DNA of 64,000 nucleotides from Candidatus Cloacimonadota bacterium (GCA_021734835.1 JAIPIH010000004.1:30423-94422), one strand, 5' to 3'; positions 50,968-59,028 are shown, counted from the first letter of the stretch. Notes: generated by a model not told the origin, from the sequence alone. Made by a program: numbers and translations.

Positions 50968-51432
50968 ATGAGAATATATAAAAGATTAAACTTTATCCTT
51001 GCACTGATTCTGTTGTCAGTCAGCATATTTGCATTTAATCAGCATAATTGTTGCTGCGATATGGAGATGGATGAAGTTTCTTTATCTAAAACAAACTGTA
51101 ATGCAGAAGCTGAATTTAGTGCAAATGCTAAATTTAGTGCTGGTGATTATTCACAAGATAATTGCTTTGGTAATTACTCGTTTGTGAATAATCAATATCT
51201 TCAATGCAAGCAGTTTTTTGTTTTAGATTTTTCTACAGAAGTAGAAATTGCAATGCTCCGCAGTGATAAGCTTGTTTCTTTCTTTTCTGCTTTTTATTTA
51301 GAAGAGAACTTAACAGAGCCTAATCTTTGTGAAAAATTTTATTATCTCTCCTCAAGAACAAATCACAATTACAATTCATACTACTTAGCGGAAAACTTAT
51401 CCGATAGAGCGCCTCCAGTTTTATTTGTTTAA
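50968..51432 (+). CDS. secreted Cys/Met/His-rich protein of unknown function (putative metal-binding)
   Basis: ATG 50968 after AGGAG is preferred over the ORF-track TTG at 50914. Signal/anchor LNFILALILLSVSIFA is followed directly by NQHNCCCDMEMDE. Four further Cys residues and a C-terminal RAPPVLFV. Confidence 0.6.
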   Translation: MRIYKRLNFILALILLSVSIFAFNQHNCCCDMEMDEVSLSKTNCNAEAEFSANAKFSAGDYSQDNCFGNYSFVNNQYLQCKQFFVLDFSTEVEIAMLRSDKLVSFFSAFYLEENLTEPNLCEKFYYLSSRTNHNYNSYYLAENLSDRAPPVLFV

Positions 51433-51470
51433 AATCACAAACAATAACAAATAAAATAATCGGAGGAAAA

Positions 51471-51908
51471 ATGAAAAAAATCATTTTTATAGCACTATTG
51501 TGCTTATTGGTAAGCTATACGCTTATCGCAGAAGAAAGCAAAGTTTGTCATTCAGATATGAATATGGAAAAAGCTGAGAAAATCCAAGAAACATGCCCAG
51601 TTATGGGAAATCCTATAAATAAAGAGATTTACACAGAATATAAAGGGGAAAAAGTTTATTTCTGCTGTGAAGCTTGTATCAATATATTCAATAATAATCC
51701 CGGGAAATATCTAGAAAAAATGCAAGAGTCTCAAGTTGAGGAAGCTTTGGAATTCAAGCAGACTAAATGCCCCGTGATGGGAATGGAGATAGTTCCGGAG
51801 ATTAATATAGAGTATAAAGGCGAAAAAATATATTTTTGCTGTCCTTCTTGTATAGAAACTTTCAAAGCTAATCCTGAGAAGCACTTAGAGCAATTGAACA
51901 AGAAATAA
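51471..51908 (+). CDS. secreted protein with two tandem YHS/TRASH-type metal-binding domains
   Basis: GGAGG RBS. Signal peptide IALLCLLVSYTLIA, then CHSDMNME. Two repeats follow: CPVMGNPINKEIYTEYKGEKVYFCCEACINIFNNNPGKYLE and CPVMGMEIVPEINIEYKGEKIYFCCPSCIETFKANPEKHLE. Confidence 0.75.
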   Translation: MKKIIFIALLCLLVSYTLIAEESKVCHSDMNMEKAEKIQETCPVMGNPINKEIYTEYKGEKVYFCCEACINIFNNNPGKYLEKMQESQVEEALEFKQTKCPVMGMEIVPEINIEYKGEKIYFCCPSCIETFKANPEKHLEQLNKK

Positions 51909-51929
51909 GAAAGCTAATCAGGATCTTGC

Positions 51930-51983
51930 GCATAAGTTAAGCAGAAAACAATTGGAAAAAATTGTTAATCTGAAACTTATGCG
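51930..51983. repeat. nested inverted repeat (stem-loop) between the YHS gene and the OMF gene
   Basis: Outer arms CGCATAAGTT (51930-51939) and AACTTATGCG (51974-51983). Inner arms AACAATT (51948-51954) and AATTGTT (51960-51966). Confidence 0.6.
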
Positions 51984-52010
51984 TGCCTGGTTACATTATA
52001 GGGAGGACCT

Positions 52011-53201
52011 ATGCAAAAACTAAGAATTACATTGATTCTCATGGCTTTTGTTTCTTCAATCTATTCGATTTCTTTAGATGAGCTAATGAAACTGACCCAA
52101 AGTGATAATCTTCTTATACAGAAAGAAATAATAGAGAAAGAACAAAAATCCGCTGAGATCGAATCCATAAAATGGCTGAAAAATCCAATGCTGAGTTTTG
52201 GAATAATGGAAAACATGTCTTCGCAGCAAATTACGCAGGCTATAGCATTCCCCACCAAAACTTATTGGGCCAAAAAAGCGAAAGAAAAAGCTCTTTCAAA
52301 GTCACAAACTAAAGTGGACTTGATTCAACAAGATGTTGAAATGAAATTATCCTTGCTTTATTACAACCTGGCATTTATTGAAAAGAAAATTGATTTGCAA
52401 TCAGAAAAATTAGCCTATCTGAAAACTCTGGAAGCGGTAGTAGAGCAAAAGTATATTCATGGTAAAACATCGCAGCATCACTTAATTGAATTGAAAATGA
52501 AAACCTTGATTCTGCAAGATAAATTGAATTCTCTAGAGCATAAAGATCGTTACAATTTGCAACTGCAAATAAATGAAATAGTCGATAATAAGCTCGATTT
52601 AAGTGATATCAAAACTGAAAAGAGTCCCCGAAAGAGGATTTCTGATTTTACAGACTTGTATGCAGAGAGTTTAAAGAACTATCCTTTATTGATCCTGAAG
52701 CAGCAAAACATCGAGCAAGGGGAAATCTTACTGCAAAAAGAAAAGCAAAGCTTTTGGCCGGATTTGTCTCTGGGAATTACAAGAGAAAATAATAAAATGC
52801 TGAAGGAAACTAGTTATTCTTTTATGTTCGGGTTCAGCCTGCCATTACAAATCAAGGCCAACAAAGCGGCGATTAATTCTAAGAGAAATAGCTTGGAACA
52901 AGCTAAATTGGAAAGAACAATATCCGAAAATCAAGTTAAACTTATGCTGCAGAAATTGCAACGCGAATATGAAGATCTGGAAGATAAATTGGATCTGTTT
53001 GAAAATCAGGTTATACCTTTGGCCAAGCAGATTAGAAAATTGGCTGCCACTTCTTACCAGAACGAAACCATCGACTTCAAAACTTATATAACTACTATAA
53101 ATGACCTAATTGATAAAAAGTTAGAATACTATAAGTTTGAGAAACAATTTAATCAAAAAATAGTAGAAATCACTAACTTAACCCAAAGTGAGGAAAAATA
53201 A
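52011..53201 (+). CDS. TolC/CusC-family outer membrane efflux protein
   Basis: GGGAGG RBS. Signal peptide, a two-fold coiled-coil/beta repeat architecture, and its position ahead of the adaptor and RND pump. Confidence 0.75.
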   Translation: MQKLRITLILMAFVSSIYSISLDELMKLTQSDNLLIQKEIIEKEQKSAEIESIKWLKNPMLSFGIMENMSSQQITQAIAFPTKTYWAKKAKEKALSKSQTKVDLIQQDVEMKLSLLYYNLAFIEKKIDLQSEKLAYLKTLEAVVEQKYIHGKTSQHHLIELKMKTLILQDKLNSLEHKDRYNLQLQINEIVDNKLDLSDIKTEKSPRKRISDFTDLYAESLKNYPLLILKQQNIEQGEILLQKEKQSFWPDLSLGITRENNKMLKETSYSFMFGFSLPLQIKANKAAINSKRNSLEQAKLERTISENQVKLMLQKLQREYEDLEDKLDLFENQVIPLAKQIRKLAATSYQNETIDFKTYITTINDLIDKKLEYYKFEKQFNQKIVEITNLTQSEEK

Positions 53202-54620
53202 ATGAAAAAATATAGATTAGCTGCTCTTCTAACCCTTGTCTTACTTTCGTTGGTTATTATCAGTTGTGATAGTAACCCAAAAGCTGCGAGCGTAGAGGAT
53301 GAGCATGATAACAATGAATTGGTAGTAGTAGAAGAAAACGGTGTAAAATATTGGACTTGTGGAATGCATCCTTCTGTCAAAATTTCCGTAGAAGCTTATG
53401 AAAACGGTGAAACAAAATGTCCTATCTGTGTGATGGATTTAGTTCCTGTGCAAGAAAACCGAAATTCAGATAGCGAGAATATTTCATTGAATGTCTCCGA
53501 ATTGGAAAGAAAAATTGCCAATGTGAAGACAGAAGAGATTGCATATTTGCCTCTGTACAAAGAGATTACAACGGTTGGGGACATCGAGTTCAATGAAAAG
53601 AAAGTAGAATCGATTACCGCAAGATTCCCCGGCAGAGTAGAAAAGATGTTTGTAGATTTTACCGGACAAAAAGTACATCAAGGTGAACCACTGCTGGAAA
53701 TCTATTCACCCAAACTGATCGCTGCTCAGGAAGAGCTGCTGTCGGCCATAGAAACCGATAAGATTCTACAAGACAGATCAAACAACAACCTAGTCCAAGC
53801 AGCTGAAAAAAAATTGAGACTCTGGGGTATTACTACAAAGCAGATTGACTTTTTAAAAGAGCATAAGAAGATTGAAGATAAATTCGTCATTTATGCTCAG
53901 CAATCAGGAACTGTTATTAAGAAAAATATCAATCAGGGAGATTATATCAAAACCGGCAGTAAGCTCTTCACAATAGCTGATTTGAGAAGTTTATGGGTAA
54001 TGGCTGAGATCTATGATTATGAGATGAATTTAGTTAGCATGAATCAAGAAGTGAACATCTCTTCTCAAGCTTATCCCAGTAAAATTTTTAAAGGAGATAT
54101 CTCATTTATCGAGCCGGTTGTGAATCCCAAGACTCAAACTGTTAGAATTAGGATAGAACTGGATAATTCCCAAGAGAAGTTTCGTCCCGGAATGTCCGTA
54201 AATGCTGATATAATAAGCTATTTTGGAAAAGAAGATGAATTTTATTATGGCTGTCCGATGCATACACATATTCACCAATCTGAACCGGGATTATGTGAAG
54301 AGTGCGGCGGAATGAAATTGGTTAAAACTCCTGGAAATCTTGTTGCTGCAATTCCGGCTACTGCAGTTATTGATGTTGGTCGCCAGAAATTAGCTTATGT
54401 GGATAAGGGAAATGGTAATTATGAAAGAAGAATAATTGAAGTAGGAAGCGAAGCCTATTTCAAAACAGACAATGTAGTAGTAAAATATTATGAATTGATC
54501 AGCGGCTTGATGGTAGGCGAGAGTGTTGTTAGCAATTCAAGTTTCCTTTTTGATTCTCAAACACAATTATCTGGAGCTGCTGCGGGTGCATATGGCGGTT
54601 CTTTACATGAAGAAGATTAA
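53202..54620 (+). CDS. cusB: efflux RND periplasmic adaptor (CusB-like) with two heavy-metal-binding zinc-ribbon-like modules
   Basis: Lipobox IISC. YWTCGMHPSV...CPICVMDLVP (nt 53349-53450) and YYGCPMHTHIHQSEPGLCEECGGMKLV (nt 54240-54326). Has an HlyD/barrel-sandwich core (GEPLLEIYSPKL, GMSVNADI). Confidence 0.85.
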   Translation: MKKYRLAALLTLVLLSLVIISCDSNPKAASVEDEHDNNELVVVEENGVKYWTCGMHPSVKISVEAYENGETKCPICVMDLVPVQENRNSDSENISLNVSELERKIANVKTEEIAYLPLYKEITTVGDIEFNEKKVESITARFPGRVEKMFVDFTGQKVHQGEPLLEIYSPKLIAAQEELLSAIETDKILQDRSNNNLVQAAEKKLRLWGITTKQIDFLKEHKKIEDKFVIYAQQSGTVIKKNINQGDYIKTGSKLFTIADLRSLWVMAEIYDYEMNLVSMNQEVNISSQAYPSKIFKGDISFIEPVVNPKTQTVRIRIELDNSQEKFRPGMSVNADIISYFGKEDEFYYGCPMHTHIHQSEPGLCEECGGMKLVKTPGNLVAAIPATAVIDVGRQKLAYVDKGNGNYERRIIEVGSEAYFKTDNVVVKYYELISGLMVGESVVSNSSFLFDSQTQLSGAAAGAYGGSLHEED

Positions 54621-54632
54621 GGGAGGTCGATT

Positions 54633-57600
54633 ATGATAAAGCGCAATATTAACTACTGGATGCACAATCGCTTCTTAACTATCTTCATTGTCTTGCTAAT
54701 CTCTTTCATCGGTTATTTAGCTATGAAGAATACTCCGATGGATGCTATTCCCAATATTGGTGAAAATCAAGTAATCGTTTATGCAAATTGGGCGGGGAGA
54801 AGCCCCAAAGATATAGAAGACCAAGTAACCTATCCGCTGACTATAGATTTAATGGGCTTACCGAATGTTAAGGATGTTCGTTCTGCCTCAAAATTCGGGC
54901 TTTCCATGATCTATATCATTTTTGAAGATGGTGTGGATTTCTATTGGGCAAGAACTCGCATTCTGGAAAAATTGGACCAAGCTAAGCAAAATTTACCGGA
55001 AGGTGTGGTGCCTGTCTTAGGTCCGGATGGAACAGGACTGGGGCAAATTTATTGGTACACTGTGGAAAACGGATATTATTGTCCGGAACATCCTAAAATA
55101 AGATATGAAAAGTCGGGAGAATGCTCTGAAGACGGAACAGAGCTTATTCAATCTAACTATAATCTACAAGAACTTCGAGCTTTGCAAGATTGGGATATAA
55201 AATATCAACTATCAGCGGTGCAAGATGTCGCGGAAGTTGCATCAGTTGGCGGTTTCATCAAGCAATATCAAATTGATGTGAATCCAAATAAACTTCTGAC
55301 TTATGACCTCTCAATCAACCAGGTGGTAAAAGCTGTAAAGCAAAGTAACCTGGATGTGGGAGCAAAAGTAATAGAAGAAGGCGATCTGGAATTTATTGTG
55401 CGTGGTATCGGCTTCCTCAAAGAAATTCAAGATATTGAAGAGATTGTTCTGAAAAGTATGAATGGTACCCCTGTATATCTGAAAAACATTGCTTCGGTTA
55501 CTACCGGTCCCGAATTTCGGCGTGGAGCTCTCGATAAAGAGGGCGCTGATGCCACCGGCGGAATGGTTCTAATGCGCTACGGCTCAAATCCACTCAAGGT
55601 TATTCGGGAGCTCAAGACTAAAATCATTGAGATAGAAAAAGGCCTTCCCGCAGGTGTGAAAATAGTTTCCTTTTATGATAGAACCGAGTTAATCGAACGC
55701 TCGATCGGTACACTGAAAAGTACTCTACTTTGGCAGATAATTATTACTATCGTAGTAATTATGATTTTCCTTCTTCATTTTAGGACCAGTTTGATTATCT
55801 CTTTAGTTCTTCCGCTGGGTATTTTGATTACATTTATTTTTATGTACATATTCAAAGTGGAAGCAAATATCATGTCGTTAGGTGGAATAGCAATAGCGGT
55901 AGGAGTGATGGTCGATGCCGGAATTGTTCTTACCGAAAATATTTACCGTTCCTTACTGGAAGAGGGAAAGAAAAAACAACGCAACCTGACTAATAAAGAA
56001 AGGTTGGAAGTTTGTAAAGCAGGTGCAAAAGAAGTAGCTGGATCGATAGTTGCTGCCATCTTGACCACAATTGTTTCTTTCTTACCTGTATTTACCTTGC
56101 CGGGACAATCCGGGAGATTATTCCGACCTTTGGCTTTTACCAAAACTTTCACTATGATCGGGGCTACCATTATCGTTACTTCTTTGGTTCCGGTTTTGAG
56201 TTATTACCTGCTCAGGGGAAAACTAAAACCTGTCGAAAAGAATTTTACTTCTAGTGCTATCAAGAGGATTTATCAACCTTTGTTGAAATTCTCACTTAAA
56301 TATAAAGCGGTTGTAATTGTTCTCTGTCTTGCGCTTTTTTCTTATGGAATTTTTGTTTCAACTAAGATCAATAAAGAATTTATGCCGCCTTTGGACGAAG
56401 GACATTTATTATTCATGCCGGTAACTTTACCAGGAGTTTCCCTAACGAAAGTTAATGAAATTATGAAAAAGCAAGATATCATCCTGAAAAGCTTTCCGGA
56501 AGTTGAACAAGTTGTCGGAAAGTTGGGAAGAGCAGAATCTGCAACCGATCCTGCTCCGGTCAGTATGATTGAGACTATCGTCGACCTTAAACCCAAGTCT
56601 GAATGGCGAGCTGGTATGACGAAAAAGAAATTGATCTCGGAGATGAATCAAGCTCTTAAAATTCCAGGAGTAAGTAATATTTGGACTCAGCCGATCAGGA
56701 ATAGGATCGATATGCTCTCAACAGGAATCCAAACTCCGGTTGGTATCAAAGTTTTTGGCGATGATATCAAGAAAATTCAAGAAGTTGCAATCCAGATTGA
56801 AACGGAAATTGGCAAAATTCCAAGTGTGACAAATGTCTATGCTGAAAGAATTGGGAGCAGACCTTATATCGAGATTATTCCCGATAGAAGAGAGCTGGCT
56901 CGCTATGGAATAAAGATGCAAGAAGTTCAAAGCCTGATTATGACAGGAATTGGCGGGATGAATATCTCGACAATGCTGAAGGGAAGAGAACGCTATCCGA
57001 TTCGAGTTCGTTTTCAAAAAGATTCCCGTGATGATATCAGTTCTCTGAAGCGGCTTCCCGTGCAGACTGCTTCCGGCCGACAAATTCCTTTAGCTCAAAT
57101 TGCTGAGATAAAAAAGAAGCCCGGACCTGCGATGATTGCCGGAGAAAATACTCAGACTTACTCTCGTGTCTTTATCAATACAGATCCTGATCAAATCGGT
57201 GTTGTTGATTTTGTGGAACAAGCAAAACAAATGATAAATCAAAAGATTGCAAACGGTGAGATTCAGATTCCTGCTGGCTACTTCATTGAATGGTCGGGAC
57301 AATATGAAGCGGAGGTAGAAGCTTCCCAAAGGTTGAAACTCGTAGTTCCAATCGTGCTTTTGATTATATTGGTTATCTTGTTCGTAACCTTCCGCTCGTT
57401 TTCTTCTATGTTGGTGGTAACTACCGGATTGCCAGTCGCCATGATTGGAGGAATTATTCTCCTATATTTTATGGATTTAAAAATGAGTGTTGCTGTCTGG
57501 GTAGGTTTTATTGCTCTGATGGGAATTGCCACCGATAATGCAGTTGTATTTGTCAAAACTTTGGACAACCTTTTTCGTAAAAGAAAAATTGAAAAAGCAA

Positions 57601-57860
57601 GCCAGATCAACAGCTTAATTATCGAAGGGGGTCTGCTCAGAATTAGACCTATCATTATGACAACTGTCACGACAATTCTAGCTTTAGTTCCAATAATGCT
57701 TAGCAGCGGTACTGGATCGGAAGTGATGAAGCCGATGGCAATTCCAACCATCGGTGGATTGTTTACCGTTACATTAACAAATACTTTGCTGGTTCCGATT
57801 TTGTATGCTTATGCCAAGAAATTTGAATTTAGAAAAAGTTTTAAAGCGAATGTAAATTAA
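54633..57860 (+). CDS. cusA: CusA-type (monovalent Cu/Ag) heavy-metal efflux RND pump
   Basis: 12-TM RND architecture. The TM4 motif GGIAIAVGVMVDAGIVLTEN resembles E. coli CusA rather than the CzcA DFG..DGA..VEN motif (from memory). Met residues in LLFMPVTLPG, APVSMIETI and RIDMLSTG line up with the CusA three-Met Cu(I) site. Confidence 0.9.
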   Translation: MIKRNINYWMHNRFLTIFIVLLISFIGYLAMKNTPMDAIPNIGENQVIVYANWAGRSPKDIEDQVTYPLTIDLMGLPNVKDVRSASKFGLSMIYIIFEDGVDFYWARTRILEKLDQAKQNLPEGVVPVLGPDGTGLGQIYWYTVENGYYCPEHPKIRYEKSGECSEDGTELIQSNYNLQELRALQDWDIKYQLSAVQDVAEVASVGGFIKQYQIDVNPNKLLTYDLSINQVVKAVKQSNLDVGAKVIEEGDLEFIVRGIGFLKEIQDIEEIVLKSMNGTPVYLKNIASVTTGPEFRRGALDKEGADATGGMVLMRYGSNPLKVIRELKTKIIEIEKGLPAGVKIVSFYDRTELIERSIGTLKSTLLWQIIITIVVIMIFLLHFRTSLIISLVLPLGILITFIFMYIFKVEANIMSLGGIAIAVGVMVDAGIVLTENIYRSLLEEGKKKQRNLTNKERLEVCKAGAKEVAGSIVAAILTTIVSFLPVFTLPGQSGRLFRPLAFTKTFTMIGATIIVTSLVPVLSYYLLRGKLKPVEKNFTSSAIKRIYQPLLKFSLKYKAVVIVLCLALFSYGIFVSTKINKEFMPPLDEGHLLFMPVTLPGVSLTKVNEIMKKQDIILKSFPEVEQVVGKLGRAESATDPAPVSMIETIVDLKPKSEWRAGMTKKKLISEMNQALKIPGVSNIWTQPIRNRIDMLSTGIQTPVGIKVFGDDIKKIQEVAIQIETEIGKIPSVTNVYAERIGSRPYIEIIPDRRELARYGIKMQEVQSLIMTGIGGMNISTMLKGRERYPIRVRFQKDSRDDISSLKRLPVQTASGRQIPLAQIAEIKKKPGPAMIAGENTQTYSRVFINTDPDQIGVVDFVEQAKQMINQKIANGEIQIPAGYFIEWSGQYEAEVEASQRLKLVVPIVLLIILVILFVTFRSFSSMLVVTTGLPVAMIGGIILLYFMDLKMSVAVWVGFIALMGIATDNAVVFVKTLDNLFRKRKIEKASQINSLIIEGGLLRIRPIIMTTVTTILALVPIMLSSGTGSEVMKPMAIPTIGGLFTVTLTNTLLVPILYAYAKKFEFRKSFKANVN

Positions 57861-57884
57861 GCATTCACGTCAAAATATCGATCA

Positions 57885-57920
57885 ATCAGGCTTTCGCAGC
57901 GACGAAAGCCTGATTTTTTA
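57885..57920 (+). terminator. rho-independent terminator of the efflux operon
   Basis: ATCAGGCTTTCG (57885-57896), CAGCGA loop, CGAAAGCCTGAT (57903-57914), then TTTTTT. Confidence 0.85.
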
Positions 57921-58012
57921 TTGCTAGGAACAACCTATCACTTTTCCCTCTTTCCCAGTTCACTTCATTTCGGGGTTCGTTGAAAATTCTTCTCTTTTCC
58001 TTCTTTCTTCTT

Positions 58013-58041
58013 ACTTTTTACTTTTTACTTTTTGCTTTTTT
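58013..58041. repeat. short tandem repeat (ACTTTTT)x3 + GCTTTTTT inside a pyrimidine-rich noncoding tract
   Basis: Read directly: ACTTTTTACTTTTTACTTTTTGCTTTTTT. The surrounding 57990-58055 is almost pure C/T on the plus strand. Confidence 0.6.
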
Positions 58042-58054
58042 CTTCTGCCTTCTA

Positions 58055-58345
58055 CTATTTCACCAACATCATTTTCTGGCGCACTAGGCTTTGCCCGTCT
58101 ACTTGCAATTGGTAGAGATAGACGCCGCTGGCGACAGCTTAGCCATTCTCATTCCGACCGTTCCAGGTAATTGTGTGTTGGCCGGCAGGCTGCTGCTGAC
58201 GAGCAGCATATTAATTTTCTACCCTTTTAGATTGTAGATAGTGATCTCAGCTTCGCTTGCCTGGGGCAGAGCATGATTGATAGTGGTACTGGCAACACGT
58301 CTCTGCGCAGAGGGCGCGAAAGGTGTGGGGGGGTAGTTGGTGTGC
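58055..58345 (-). pseudogene. relic of a T9SS C-terminal sorting domain (body of the gene missing)
   Basis: Minus strand reads NYPPTPF...TTINHALPQASEAEITIYNLKG*KINMLLVSSSLPANTQLP, a frameshift, then WNGRNENG*AVASGVYLYQLQVDGQSLVRQKMMLVK*. It has two in-frame stops and one frameshift, and is about 53 % GC by hand count. Confidence 0.7.
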
Positions 58346-58360
58346 ATGGGTTGCAAATCC

Positions 58361-58623
58361 GATATTTCTGAAACTAAGATATGTCCTTTAGCAAAAAAGT
58401 TCGTAAATATCTGCATCGAAGAGGAATCGAAAAAGGGATCCCAGTAGTTTATTCCTGGGAAAAACCTATCACTCAGTTTGAGTACAAAGCTGAAGTGGTA
58501 GAAGAATTGGTTACCCAAAGAGGCCGCAAACGAAGTACTTTAGGCTCTGTTGTCTATTTACCTGCTATAATGGGATTATGGGCATCTAGTTTTATTTTGC
58601 GGAAATTATCAGATAAGATTTAA
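58361..58623 (+). pseudogene. duplicated 3' fragment of tcdA (last ~87 codons, frameshifted)
   Basis: Matches 50153-50416 with 8 substitutions, and A6 instead of A7 at 58393-58398. It has no 5' part of the gene and no RBS. Confidence 0.85.
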
Positions 58624-58662
58624 CTCTTAAAATTCTGAAGAGAAGCGCTTTTGATCATTATG

Positions 58663-59028
58663 TTAATCGTTTAGATATTTTTCGAGTTCTTTGATAAATA
58701 GTTCTGGCTTGATCGATTTTTCCATATAGCCTGTACAACCTGCATTTAGAGCTTTCTCTCGATCTCCCGCCATGGCATAGGAAGTCAGTGCGATAATCTT
58801 CAAATCCCTTCCTTTCTTATCCTGCCGGATTTTTCTTGTTGCATCAAATCCATTTATGTCGGGTAATTGCACGTCCATTATCACTAAATCGGGCTGTTCT
58901 TGCAAAGCAAGCTTGACACCACTGAGACCATCCTGAGCAACAATCACCTGAAAGCCGTGTTTTTCCAGAATGAACCTGTTCAGATACATATTTGCTTCGT
59001 CATCTTCAATCACTAATATGCGTTGCAT
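58663..59028 (-). CDS. single-domain (CheY-like) response regulator
   Basis: ATG at 59028 (MQRILVIEDDEANMY). Phospho-acceptor context DLVIMDVQLPDINGFD, plus LTSYA and KSIKP. No output domain. Confidence 0.85.
   Translation of the reverse strand: MQRILVIEDDEANMYLNRFILEKHGFQVIVAQDGLSGVKLALQEQPDLVIMDVQLPDINGFDATRKIRQDKKGRDLKIIALTSYAMAGDREKALNAGCTGYMEKSIKPELFIKELEKYLND

Larger units (their letters stand above)
50580..58360. other. inserted ~7.8-kb heavy-metal efflux cassette between the direct repeats (no recombinase gene visible)
   Basis: Bounded by the repeat copies. Contains one 5-gene operon with its own promoter-like element and terminator, with pseudogene debris at both edges. Confidence 0.6.

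Noticed and set aside
57990-58055. Pyrimidine-rich tract with (ACTTTTT)3, considered as a CRISPR/minisatellite or attachment site
   Set aside because: It has only three 7-nt units and no spacer-repeat architecture. No matching copy was seen in the left junction region. It is recorded as a simple repeat only.
58219-58518. 99-aa minus-strand ORF spanning the cassette/repeat junction
   Set aside because: It is a chimeric read-through. Its C-terminal third is the start of the decayed T9SS sorting domain, and its N-terminal part is antisense to the duplicated tcdA tail. It has no RBS and no coherent domain.
58381-58623. 80-aa plus-strand ORF (MSFSKKVRKYLHRRG...) as a possible new small gene
   Set aside because: It is the last part of tcdA. 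Its apparent ATG exists only because of the A7 to A6 slip, and it has no RBS and lacks the catalytic N-terminal two-thirds. It is treated as a pseudogene fragment.
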